Assembly (NCBI GenBank): GCA_040390065.1
Contig: JAZJZE010000009.1
Coordinates: 192,001-256,000 of the forward strand
Direction of reading: 5' to 3'
Origin: a bacterium
GTDB taxonomy: Archaea; Thermoplasmatota; E2; JACPAO01; JAHFTW01
DNA length: 64,000 nucleotides
The position numbers and the translations under genes were made by a program. This document shows positions 1 through 10,367 of the stretch, piece after piece; positions within the stretch are counted from its first letter, which is position 1, and each line of letters opens with the position of its first letter. Under the pieces are notes generated by a model. It was not told the DNA's origin. It was given only the letters and a program-made list of their open reading frames with translations, and made no database searches.

Positions 1-2
1 CG

Positions 3-90
3 GTTTCAGTGAGATCAGTGAATTCAGTTGTTCCTTCCCTGGCACAGCCAGCCACGCGGCCATCTCGCGGGCGGCGCCGCCGTCCGAGCC
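3..90. repeat. Dispersed repeat family A (9-bp periodic TTCAGTG arm plus flank), truncated by window edge
   Basis: tttcagtg-agatcagtg-aattcagttg and its flank match the reverse complement of ~25678-25759 over ~85 bp. Confidence 0.75.
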
Positions 91-137
91 TGGCGTGGCC
101 GCTCGTTGGCTTGCTTCGCCCGACGCATCCGCCGGAA

Positions 138-404
138 TCAAACGAAGTGCGGATGCTTGCTGAGCGCTTCCTGGATGAAGGGCAGCATCTGGTTCCAGTC
201 CGCATCCGGCGTCTTGCTGATCGTGACGAAGTCGTTGAGGAAGAACAGGCTCGTGACACCGGGGACGGCCAGCAGCGCCTTGGCGAGCGGGCTTTGGGTC
301 TGAGCCGGGTTGGAGACGATTTTCGAGCCGTTGCAGAATGGGCTCGGCGCCGTCACCTTGAGCGCATTCGGGTTTGGCGTCGCCTCGATGCGCAGCCGTG
401 CCAT
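138..404 (-). CDS. NifU/Nfu N-terminal domain protein
   Basis: IEATPNPNALKV, SPLAKALLAVPGVTSLFFLNDFVTISK, DW motifs. Confidence 0.9.
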   Translation of the reverse strand: MARLRIEATPNPNALKVTAPSPFCNGSKIVSNPAQTQSPLAKALLAVPGVTSLFFLNDFVTISKTPDADWNQMLPFIQEALSKHPHFV

Positions 405-506
405 CCGATGTCTGCATGGGCCGGCACCTTATGTCGCTGTCGGACCCGCCGCCGGGCTCGTCGCGAATCGCAACACGCTTCAAGCGGGAGGCGGACTGCA
501 GGCTCC

Positions 507-830
507 GTGTCCACGCCTCTGCAGGAGTTCACCGAGGGGCTGCGGCAGATCCAGCACCACCGTTTCCTGCAGTCGATGGTGTACCTCGTCCTGTTCATCT
601 ACGGCAACTCGCTGTTCTTCGCGCACGAGGGCCGCATCGCACACGCCATCGCTTGGGGATTCGTCGCCCTGTCCAGCCTGTTCCTGACCATCGAGGTCCT
701 GCGGGCCTACCTGCAGACGCGCTGGCAGCCGCACCTTCGCAACGCCCAGGACGCCTTCGTCACACTCGGCGCCAGCATGCTGTACGGTGGCGGCACGATT
801 TACTGGGTCCTCATGGCCTTGATGGGGTGA
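507..830 (+). CDS. Hypothetical membrane protein (about 3 TM)
   Basis: 3' part of ORF 9..830 from GTG 507; hydrophobic helices, host-like codon use. Confidence 0.65.
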   Translation: MSTPLQEFTEGLRQIQHHRFLQSMVYLVLFIYGNSLFFAHEGRIAHAIAWGFVALSSLFLTIEVLRAYLQTRWQPHLRNAQDAFVTLGASMLYGGGTIYWVLMALMG

Positions 831-834
831 ACGC

Positions 835-1245
835 ATGGCAGATGACGATCTGAAGGCGTTCGAGTGGCTCGACCTGGGAAATGAACTCCGAGCGAGACGC
901 CTCATGTCAGTGGCGCGATTCCTGGCGTTCCTGATTGTGGGCGGCGTGGTCCTTGACCTGGCCCTGGCCCGGGCTGCGGACAACGATTCCCGCTCAAGTC
1001 CGGAGCAAACCGGGTTCGCCGCATGCGCTATCCTGCTAGGCGGATGCATCCTGGAAGTGGCCTGCCTCGTTCGCGGTGGCGCGGTCGCCGTACAGCATGC
1101 GCGCTTGGCGGAAACGCTAGGGAAGCACCGGCGCGCTACGGCCCACCGGATTTGGCGATTCTTCGCCTGGAATCCCGTCGGGTCATGGCTGCTTCTCGCA
1201 TATGCCGTCGGCGCGTTCTTTTCCCTGAACCTGGTCAAGTCGTAG
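835..1245 (+). CDS. Hypothetical membrane protein
   Basis: Three hydrophobic segments; starts 4 nt after the previous gene. Confidence 0.55.
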   Translation: MADDDLKAFEWLDLGNELRARRLMSVARFLAFLIVGGVVLDLALARAADNDSRSSPEQTGFAACAILLGGCILEVACLVRGGAVAVQHARLAETLGKHRRATAHRIWRFFAWNPVGSWLLLAYAVGAFFSLNLVKS

Positions 1246-1252
1246 CCACGTG

Positions 1253-2905
<1,653 letters not shown>

Positions 2906-2950
2906 GGGTTCCCCATGTGGCCGCGGCTTAGAAACGTGTGCGCCCAAACC

Positions 2951-3145
2951 CTAGCGACTGACGGGCATCTCATCGGCGACGTTCCTGCCGGTTCCGCGGA
3001 CCTTCCGCGCGGAGTGCACGACCGCGTCCTTGGCCCGCTCCTTCGCCTGGTCGCTCAAGACGTAGCGCCAAATCACGTAGCCCGCGCCGATGGCCGCCAG
3101 CGTACCAATCGCGACGTACAGTCCAGTATGGGATTTCTCGCCCAT
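2951..3145 (-). CDS. Small single-TM protein
   Basis: MGEKSHTGLYVAIGTLAAIGAGYVIWRY followed by a charged helix. Confidence 0.6.
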   Translation of the reverse strand: MGEKSHTGLYVAIGTLAAIGAGYVIWRYVLSDQAKERAKDAVVHSARKVRGTGRNVADEMPVSR

Positions 3146-3209
3146 GGCCCGACAAGCCGGCCGTGCCGAATCAACGTAGGGTTGGCGGCAGCGTACCCAG
3201 CCCCGGCAA

Positions 3210-3368
3210 TCACTTTTCCCGCTTCGCTTGGGTCTTGGGGAGCCGGCGGCGCGGTCGGATGAATCGCAGGTAGACGTACAGTGCAGAGGCAACGGCCAAC
3301 GCCACGCCGCCCCACAGCAGCCAGTCGTGCAGCGTGTGGTCGACGCCGCCAGAGTCGTGGTTCGTCAA
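3210..3368 (-). CDS. Possible small membrane peptide
   Basis: TTG start inferred; WLLWGGVALAVASALYVYL followed by a basic tail. Confidence 0.4.
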   Translation of the reverse strand: MTNHDSGGVDHTLHDWLLWGGVALAVASALYVYLRFIRPRRRLPKTQAKREK

Positions 3369-3381
3369 GCCAATCGACGCG

Positions 3382-3406
3382 GGCAAATGGGGTGAGCCGG
3401 GATCGA
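3382..3406 (-). repeat. Duplicate of the tRNA-Phe 3' end (att-like)
   Basis: ggcaaatggggtgagccgggatcga vs ggcaagtggggtgagccgggatcga at 3490-3514, 24/25 identical. Confidence 0.9.
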
Positions 3407-3495
3407 GGCCACTGGCCTCCGGCCAGCGGCCATACGCGGCCCCGAAGGCCTCGCGCAATCCCGGCTCAGCCACAGCCTCGCTGCGCATCGGCAAG

Positions 3496-3568
3496 TGGGG
3501 TGAGCCGGGATCGAACCGGCGGCATCCAGATCTTCAGTCTGGCACTCTCCCAACTGAGTTACCACCCC
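3496..3568 (-). tRNA. tRNA-Phe(GAA)
   Basis: GGGGTGG/TCACCCC acceptor stem, CCAGA-CTGAAGA-TCTGG anticodon arm, GGTTCGATCCC T-loop; CCA not encoded. Confidence 0.97.
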
Positions 3569-3677
3569 GGGAGACAGGTCGCGCGACAAGTCCGCTCTAT
3601 TTGAAACGCAGGGTCTCGCGCGAGGCGCAGCCGAGCGCGAACGCGGGGTGCAGGGGCGCGCAAGGCGACGGGGGGCC

Positions 3678-5390
3678 TCAGGAGGTGACCGTGAAGGGCA
3701 CGACGACGTCCTCCTTGACCACGGGCGGGTCGGAGATGGACACGGTGGCGTTGCCGGTTCCGGAGCCGGTCCACAGGATGCCGGTGACGGACCAGATGCC
3801 GTCGGCCACCGTTGCGTCGCGGGCCGGCTCGGGGGCTGCAGCGCCGGGCATCTGCAACGTCACGGACACGCAGGAGGCGCGCCCGCAGGTGTTGTTCTCC
3901 AGGGGCGATTCCGCGCCGTCGTCGGCGATGCGTTTGATGGACAAGGTCAGCGTCGCCGTGGCGCCTTGCCTCGGCGCGGAGTCGGCCATGAGCGTGACGG
4001 CGAAGTGTTCGCTGGAGGCCACGGTCTTGTAGCCGGCCGGCGCCGCCGTCGCAGCCAGAGGGGGCGAGACGGAGGTCAGGATGCCCGCGAGCAGGAGCAC
4101 GGCGATGCCAAGGCTCGCCTCGATGGCGACGGTGCGGCGAAGGTGGGTGCCGTCGGCCAGCCCCGCGCGAACCCGGCCGCGGGTGCTCCGCTGAACGACT
4201 TTTTGCACGGTTCCGGCCAGGCCGTCGTCGCGCGGCGCCTCGAGTAGCACGTACCGGTTGATGCCGGCCAGAGCGACCATGACGATGGCGATGGCCACCT
4301 TCCCGATGAGGGCGGCCCCGTAGGCGCTCTGCACGAGGCGCAGGGGATGCAGGAGGCTGTCCAGGCCCAGGATTGTCACGGAGAGCGTGACGCCGGCGAC
4401 GGCGAGCAGGAAGACCGACGTGAGCGCGAGTGTCCCGAAGCGCACGCCCGTGCGTTGCAGCGCATCGGGCGGCTCGCTCGAGCGCCGCAGCATCATGGCG
4501 AAGAGCAGCAGCCCCCCGACCCAGACTGCCGCCGAGACGAGGTGGACGAAGTCGATGACCATGAACGAGATGCCGGCGCCGGAGACGTGCCCCAGACGTG
4601 CGGAACCAGCGGCGGCGCCGAGCAGGAGCGCCGTCACGGCCCAAGGGCCGGTGCGCGTCGGGCGAGCCATGGCCAACGCGGCAAGGAGGAGAGCGCCGCT
4701 GCCGAGGATGGCGCGGGCCATGTAGACGCGACCTGCGCCTTCGGGCGAGCCGATGTACACGCCGAAGCTTGAATGCGTGGCGTGCCAGGCCTGCCAGAAG
4801 ACGAGCAGGGTTCCGACGAAGTGCAGCCCAGACCCCAACAGCATCGCGCGCGCCGCACTACGCGGGGGATACGCCGGAAGCCAGGCGAGGAAGGCGGCGG
4901 CCGCGAGTCCCAGGCTGAAGCCTGCATAGAGAAGTGCACGGCCCAGGGCGGATGCCCAGTCGACGTCGTTGACGCTCTGCCTGGATGACGCCGGCGCGTC
5001 GTAGGCGCCGATTGCGAAGCCGTACGTTTCGACGTTGGGGTGGCCATCGACACTCGAGACCGCCGTGAACGACAGGACGTACTGGCCGGGCGGTAGCGGC
5101 GGAAGGTACACCGTCATGCGCGGCGGGTCATGCTCGATCAACGGCGAGCCACTGTCGACGCGGGCATGGCTCGTGTTGTTCTGGACGTCGATCCTGGAGG
5201 TGGAGACGTCGATCTTCTGGCTGAAGGTCAGGACGAACTGCGTCGGCAGCGCGTCCAGGTGGGGCCGCTCGTTGATAGGCGGGTCGATGGACAAGAGGTC
5301 GGCGTGTGCCGCGGCTGCCGGGACGACGGCCAGCAGGATTGCGCAGGCAAGCAGGCCGCACAGAGCCCGCCAAGGGGCGCCGCGCCTCAT
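3678..5390 (-). CDS. CopC/CopD copper resistance/uptake fusion protein
   Basis: Signal peptide then AAA-HADL (His1), SVDGH motif, multi-TM CopD region with HLVSAAVWVGGL. Confidence 0.88.
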   Translation of the reverse strand: MRRGAPWRALCGLLACAILLAVVPAAAAHADLLSIDPPINERPHLDALPTQFVLTFSQKIDVSTSRIDVQNNTSHARVDSGSPLIEHDPPRMTVYLPPLPPGQYVLSFTAVSSVDGHPNVETYGFAIGAYDAPASSRQSVNDVDWASALGRALLYAGFSLGLAAAAFLAWLPAYPPRSAARAMLLGSGLHFVGTLLVFWQAWHATHSSFGVYIGSPEGAGRVYMARAILGSGALLLAALAMARPTRTGPWAVTALLLGAAAGSARLGHVSGAGISFMVIDFVHLVSAAVWVGGLLLFAMMLRRSSEPPDALQRTGVRFGTLALTSVFLLAVAGVTLSVTILGLDSLLHPLRLVQSAYGAALIGKVAIAIVMVALAGINRYVLLEAPRDDGLAGTVQKVVQRSTRGRVRAGLADGTHLRRTVAIEASLGIAVLLLAGILTSVSPPLAATAAPAGYKTVASSEHFAVTLMADSAPRQGATATLTLSIKRIADDGAESPLENNTCGRASCVSVTLQMPGAAAPEPARDATVADGIWSVTGILWTGSGTGNATVSISDPPVVKEDVVVPFTVTS

Positions 5391-6430
5391 CGCATCCGCC
5401 GGCGGGCAAGCACGACGGCTGTAAGCAGGATGGCTGGGGCCTCAAGGCCCGGCGACGACTTGCCGCCCGTCGTTGCGACGTGGCTTGTCTCGTGCGAGGT
5501 CGATGCCGCCGTGACCTTGAAGGGCACCTGGAGAGTGCGGTGGCCGCCGAGATCCGTCGTAATCGTGACGGTCACGGACCCCTGGGCGCCGGCCGTCGCC
5601 CCGACGAGCGACAGGTGGGCATTGTACGCCTGGCGGCTCGAGAGGCCGATGGACAGCGACTCGGAGTAGGCGCCACTTGCAGGGTCGTGCAAGCGCGCCG
5701 TGACGCCGCCGGCTTGCGTGACAGTGAGTGTTCCCTGCTGCGATGCGTCGAGGAGGTTCTTGATGCTGAGCTGCGCGACTTGTTCGCTGCCCACGCCGAC
5801 GTCAGGGACGCTGCCGGTCTCCAGGCTGGTGTAGTACGACGATCCGCGCAGCTTGTACGGGCTCGTCGGGTCGTAGAAGCAGTCGGCCCTGGCGCCCACG
5901 GCCGGGGGGCAATCGAGGGCCGTGTTGTGGCACGTCCCGGGCATGAAGTCGCCAGAGTCGGCCTCGACCTTGATCCCCGAAAGGCCATCGCCAACCGCAC
6001 CGAGCTTGGACAGCATGATGGTCCCCTCGACGACAAAGCGGGTGCCGTCGCCGACAGAGGCGCCCCCGGTCACGGAGTCGAAGCCGCCGCCATTTGTAAA
6101 GTGGGAGTCGTCGCTCGTCTTCAGGACAAACGCTTGGGCACCCTTGGGCGTCGTGACCGTGATGGTGTCCGTGTGGGCGCCGGCGGAGCCCTTGTCCATG
6201 AGGAGGCGGAACACGGCGACGTCCTTGGCGCCGTCCCACTTCTCCTGGATGTCGAGGGCGAGCAGTTCGTCGGAGCCTTTGCAGTCGTTCGTGCCGCCGT
6301 CGCTTGTGCACTCGTCGACGTAGTCCTCCAACAGCCGCGTGTCCTGGGCGCGCGGCAGGGAGGCGCAGTGGGCCATGGCAGCCGGGGCAAGGACGACCAG
6401 GACGAGCAGCGCAAGGGGCAGGAGACGCAT
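5387..6430 (-). CDS. Secreted surface protein with predicted mature His1 and PGF-CTERM-like anchor
   Basis: AMA-HC signal cleavage; C-terminal SPGLEAP-TM-RRR; paralog of the next gene. Confidence 0.75.
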   Translation of the reverse strand: MRLLPLALLVLVVLAPAAMAHCASLPRAQDTRLLEDYVDECTSDGGTNDCKGSDELLALDIQEKWDGAKDVAVFRLLMDKGSAGAHTDTITVTTPKGAQAFVLKTSDDSHFTNGGGFDSVTGGASVGDGTRFVVEGTIMLSKLGAVGDGLSGIKVEADSGDFMPGTCHNTALDCPPAVGARADCFYDPTSPYKLRGSSYYTSLETGSVPDVGVGSEQVAQLSIKNLLDASQQGTLTVTQAGGVTARLHDPASGAYSESLSIGLSSRQAYNAHLSLVGATAGAQGSVTVTITTDLGGHRTLQVPFKVTAASTSHETSHVATTGGKSSPGLEAPAILLTAVVLARRRMR

Positions 6431-6485
6431 CAAGACACCGGGAGGACGGATTGGGCAGGCCAGGGGGGAGGTAAAGGGGTTGTTG

Positions 6486-7604
6486 TCATGTCCTGGAGCG
6501 GCGTCGGGCAAGAAGGGCGGTGGCCACGGCAAGCCCAGCAAGGGGAGTGCCCAGGTCGGGGCTCTTCTTGCCTTCCGTCGTCTGGCTCATGCCAGCCGGC
6601 GGCTGGCTCTGGTTGGTCATGGCAGGAACCGTGACCGGGATGACGATGGCCGCGAGACCGCCAAGGTCCGTGGCCGCCGAGATTGTGACGGAACCGTCCC
6701 TCGTCGCGTTGGTGACCACCAGGGCAATCGTCTTGGCGGTCCCGTCGGGAAGGTTGACGGATGCTGCGTCCAAGGCGACGGTGATGCCCGGCGAAGGCGT
6801 GAGGGTCAGGTTCGCAAGCTGGGGCATGGTCCTGAGGGTGTTTTGGATTGTCAAGAGGATGTGGGCGGGGCCGTGGCCTAGCGTCGCGGATGGGGCATCG
6901 GCGGTGAAGTTGAGGAGCGCGGCGGGGCCCTGCGTCGTGAACGCGCCTGGCGCCTCCATCCCCTGCGGTATGGCCGGGACCTCCGGGTTCGTGGGATCGT
7001 CCGGCGGTGAGGCTGCCGGGACCATTTGGCCGTTGGAGTACCAGCCGCCCGGCATGTAGTCGCCCTTGGTCGTGCCGACGGAACTGAGGACGGTGACGGA
7101 CGAAACCGCCATTCCCGCCGTGAGGTTGAGGGCCGTGGCGCTGACGAAACACTCGATGGCCTTCGGAGTGCCGTCGCCTACGTCGACGGCCGTCATGGCG
7201 GCGTCCATGCAGGACGGGCCCGCGAAGGCTTTGCCATCGCCGGTGAGGCCCACCGTGAAGTCCTGGCCGTTGACCTTGAAGGCGACGTCCACCTTCCGGT
7301 CCGCGTGCGTGGCCTCTCGCACCTGGAACACGATGCGTAGCGCCAGGGCCGGGCTGCCGTTGTGGTAGGCCTCGCGGACGTCGAGGGCGAGCAGGTCCAT
7401 GGCGCCAGCGTCCGTGGGGCAGGGCTGACCTTCGAGCGTGTCGGGGCAGCCGCCATAGTCCTGCCCGCCGTCGCCGTCGTCCATGAGGACACGTTGGTCG
7501 ATCTCGCGTGGGTCGGGGGCGCCGTGGGCAGCCACGAGCGGCATCCCGGCAAGAAAAGCACAAGCGATGATCCCAGCCAAGACGCCGCGGACACCCTTTG
7601 TCAT
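6486..7604 (-). CDS. Secreted surface protein, paralog of 5387..6430
   Basis: VAA-HG; shared LLALD[IV]xE, VGDGT, GD[FY]MPG, TDLGG motifs; SPDL-TM-RRR tail. Confidence 0.75.
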   Translation of the reverse strand: MTKGVRGVLAGIIACAFLAGMPLVAAHGAPDPREIDQRVLMDDGDGGQDYGGCPDTLEGQPCPTDAGAMDLLALDVREAYHNGSPALALRIVFQVREATHADRKVDVAFKVNGQDFTVGLTGDGKAFAGPSCMDAAMTAVDVGDGTPKAIECFVSATALNLTAGMAVSSVTVLSSVGTTKGDYMPGGWYSNGQMVPAASPPDDPTNPEVPAIPQGMEAPGAFTTQGPAALLNFTADAPSATLGHGPAHILLTIQNTLRTMPQLANLTLTPSPGITVALDAASVNLPDGTAKTIALVVTNATRDGSVTISAATDLGGLAAIVIPVTVPAMTNQSQPPAGMSQTTEGKKSPDLGTPLAGLAVATALLARRRSRT

Positions 7605-7657
7605 TGTTCGAACATGACGCAACGCGACCCATAAGCCTTGTTGTCGCGCACCATGCA

Positions 7658-8191
7658 CTAGGGCGCGACGCCGCGCCGCCCGCGGGGACGGTACAGCCCG
7701 GACCAGGAAGCCGCAAAGCTGTCGACGAGGGCGCTCGGGGGGCGCCAGCGCTGCCCCAGCACGGCCACGTGCGCGGCATCGCGCAAGCGCAGGGTCCGTC
7801 CGTCGCCGTCCTGGACGATGATGCCGGCCTCCGTGAGTTTCGCGACATGGTATGACAAGGTCGACTTCGCGATGCCGAGGCGTTCGGCCATGGTGCCGTG
7901 CGTCGCCGAGCGCACCTCCAGGAGGTGCAGGATGATGGCAAGGGGCAGACGCTGGCGCATCATGGCAAGGACGCGCCTGTCCTCGTCGCGCAGGCCCTTG
8001 CCTGCAGTCGCAAAGAGCCGCAGGTGGTTGCCATCCATGTGGGCTTCGACGACCCCGGCATCGAGCATGCGGCGCACGTGGTATCCGGCCAACGCCTCGC
8101 TCAGTCCGCCTTGGCGGGCAAGCTCGCGCAGGTGCAACCCGGGATAGGCCCCGATCAGGGCAATGAGCGTGCCGTGGCGGCTCTCGGTCAT
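7658..8191 (-). CDS. Tandem winged-helix transcriptional regulator (ArsR/MarR-like, archaeal type)
   Basis: PGLHLRELAR...YHVRRM and THGTMAERLGIAKSTLSYHVAKL. Confidence 0.85.
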   Translation of the reverse strand: MTESRHGTLIALIGAYPGLHLRELARQGGLSEALAGYHVRRMLDAGVVEAHMDGNHLRLFATAGKGLRDEDRRVLAMMRQRLPLAIILHLLEVRSATHGTMAERLGIAKSTLSYHVAKLTEAGIIVQDGDGRTLRLRDAAHVAVLGQRWRPPSALVDSFAASWSGLYRPRGRRGVAP

Positions 8192-8871
8192 CGTCGCACC
8201 GACCAGAAGAGGGGCAACACCAGCAATAACACTGTGGCCAGGTCGCCGGCGGCGTCGACGGACTCCAGTGTCTGGTGCGGAATGACCCCGGTCTGCAAGC
8301 TGTAGGCGACCAAGGCGTCCTTCATGGTGAACAGGGTGAATGCGCTCGCCACGAAGGCCATGTTGGCGTCGCGATTGCGGTGGTAGGCTCGCGCCGCGAA
8401 GCCGACCAGCAGGAGGCTGAGGGCACCGCTTGCGTACAGGAAGGCCACGACCTGCGGACTCGCCCCGGGCGGCTCCGCGTGGGCCGCCCCGCTCGGCGCC
8501 TCGACCACGACAGCATGGGTCCCGTTGGCGCGGTTGGTCCACGTGACAACGCCGCCGGGCGCGACCCGGACCAGGGGCGGCGAAAAACCGACCACCAGGA
8601 GGTCGAGGTCTGCCCGGGTGGGCGCCCCCTCCTCCACTTCGACCCAACCGACCACGTCGGGGCGCTCCTTGCAATGGAAAGCCTGCATGCCAACGTCGGG
8701 GAAGGCGGCGCTCCAGGCCTGGCCAGGCGCAAGGTCGGGGCTGGCAAGGTCACCGACGTGCGCCGCGGCGGGCCCGGCCACCATGAAGGCGGAAACAAGG
8801 GCGAGCAGCCCGATTCGGTGGACCTGCGACCTCGGAACGGCGTCCGCACGAGGTCGCTGTTGCCACGGCAC
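8188..8871 (-). CDS. Cupredoxin-like domain fused to a 3-TM membrane domain
   Basis: SPDLAPGQAWS..F...FHC and FSPPLVRVAPGGVVTWTN..H; C-terminal TMs; 4-nt overlap with the regulator; start uncertain. Confidence 0.65.
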   Translation of the reverse strand: MPWQQRPRADAVPRSQVHRIGLLALVSAFMVAGPAAAHVGDLASPDLAPGQAWSAAFPDVGMQAFHCKERPDVVGWVEVEEGAPTRADLDLLVVGFSPPLVRVAPGGVVTWTNRANGTHAVVVEAPSGAAHAEPPGASPQVVAFLYASGALSLLLVGFAARAYHRNRDANMAFVASAFTLFTMKDALVAYSLQTGVIPHQTLESVDAAGDLATVLLLVLPLFWSVRR

Positions 8872-8962
8872 GCCTGCGCCACACCTGCAGGCCTCATGGG
8901 CGTTGCGGCACGATGCACACGGGGGCCGTCGGGGCACCGGGGGCTTGCGGTCCCCTCGCGGC

Positions 8963-9439
8963 CTAGCACATGGCGCAGGTCTCGTAGAACAGGTCGTCCA
9001 CGGCGACGGTGCGGCCGCCCATCACGATCTCCGCCGTCCCCACGTAGTCGCCAGGGCCGTGGTACGGTGTCGAGACATGGAACAGGCGGCCGTCGCCGGG
9101 GGTAAGGGGGGGGAGGTCGAGGGAGCGCTCGACGGGGGGGTCGCTGGCATGGCCGTTGACGGTGAACGACACGTGCACGTGCAGCGCCGCCGGCGTCGAC
9201 GTCGCATTGGCGGTGTTCTGGATCAGAAACGACCATTGCAGCAGGTCGTCATCCTGCTGGGCGCCGCTTTTCAGGGCAAAGACCAGAGATCCACGCAGCA
9301 AGGTGCCGCTCGTTTGCGCTGGGTCGGAGGCCGAGCAGCCTGCCAACACGACGGCCGCGACGACGGCGATGGACAGCGGCCGCAGGGGATTCAACGCGCG
9401 GCGACGCCGGGCGGCCGACATAACGCTTGTCGGCATCAT
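8963..9439 (-). CDS. Hypothetical lipoprotein
   Basis: LAGC lipobox; ends in CAMC. Confidence 0.65.
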   Translation of the reverse strand: MMPTSVMSAARRRRALNPLRPLSIAVVAAVVLAGCSASDPAQTSGTLLRGSLVFALKSGAQQDDDLLQWSFLIQNTANATSTPAALHVHVSFTVNGHASDPPVERSLDLPPLTPGDGRLFHVSTPYHGPGDYVGTAEIVMGGRTVAVDDLFYETCAMC

Positions 9440-9849
9440 CCGAAGTCGATTCCGAGGTGCTGTCCCATCTCGACGTACGGGTCGTCGGGGAACGCGAGGC
9501 CCGCGCCGCGCGGCAGCCGGCGGAACCACTGCGTCTCGGCGATCGAGGCGTCAGGTTCATGGCCGTCGACGGCGGCGCCCCATGCCCCGGTGAAAACGAA
9601 GCATGTCCCGTTGGCCTTGCGGAGCTTGGTCACGAAGTGTGGCGCCGCGAGCAGGTGGCCGGTCTCCTCGCGGAATTCGCGCAGCGCGCAATGGACAGGA
9701 CCCTCGCCGGGTTGGAACTTGCCGCCCGGAAGTTCCCATCCACGTTCGCGGTGGCGCACCATGAGGAATTCCTTGCCGTCTGCGGTGTTGCGCACGGCGA
9801 CGATGACCGTGTACTCGGCCGGCGGTGCCGAACTGGCCTTCACGGTCAC
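9436..9849 (-). CDS. NUDIX hydrolase
   Basis: WELPGGKFQPGEGPVHCALREFREETG Nudix box. Confidence 0.92.
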   Translation of the reverse strand: MTVKASSAPPAEYTVIVAVRNTADGKEFLMVRHRERGWELPGGKFQPGEGPVHCALREFREETGHLLAAPHFVTKLRKANGTCFVFTGAWGAAVDGHEPDASIAETQWFRRLPRGAGLAFPDDPYVEMGQHLGIDFG

Positions 9850-10367
9850 TCGCCCTCCCCTTGGTCGCGCAAGTAGGTCCCGAGGTCGTGCACGGGGCGA
9901 ACAGCCTCGCGCGGCCCCTTGAAGCTGCCGACGACGACGCCGATGCCGACGGCCTCACCCCGCGGGTTCGTGACGATGCATGCGGCTCCGGCCTCGAGGC
10001 TCGCGTCGTGCCATTCGACGGATTCGCCGAGGATGTTGCGGCCGTACAGGAACAGGCGCGACGCGTGCTCGGTGACGCGGACGGTCTGCGACTTCGTGTG
10101 GCGCGCCATGAGGACGGCCCCCTGCAAATCGAGGTGGAAGTCGGTGCCCTCCAACGTGCCGATGGGGAGGCCCGCGGCGCCGGCCGTGTCGCGCAGAGCT
10201 GCCGGCAGTTCGAGGACGTCGGGGCTTACGAGGCAGGCGTACGCGCCGCCGTCCCGGTCGCAGACTGCAAGGCGCTGCACTCCCATGACTTTGGCGGCGA
10301 GGCCTTCGTCCACCGATTCGAGGAAGGCGATGGCCGCGTCGGTCTCGGCTTGCGTGGCGGGTCTCAC
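9846..10367 (-). CDS. NIP7/PUA-domain ribosome biogenesis protein
   Basis: LFLYGRNILGES, GEAVGIG, DLGTYLR; GTG start overlaps the upstream stop. Confidence 0.8.
   Translation of the reverse strand: MRPATQAETDAAIAFLESVDEGLAAKVMGVQRLAVCDRDGGAYACLVSPDVLELPAALRDTAGAAGLPIGTLEGTDFHLDLQGAVLMARHTKSQTVRVTEHASRLFLYGRNILGESVEWHDASLEAGAACIVTNPRGEAVGIGVVVGSFKGPREAVRPVHDLGTYLRDQGEGE

Noticed and set aside
9-506. N-terminal part of ORF 9..830 and the similar start of ORF 25134..25754
   Set aside because: The similarity comes from non-coding repeat family A; the region is also antisense to the nfu-like gene.
3382-3514. Prophage or genomic island at tRNA-Phe
   Set aside because: The repeats enclose only 83 bp, with no integrase or viral genes.
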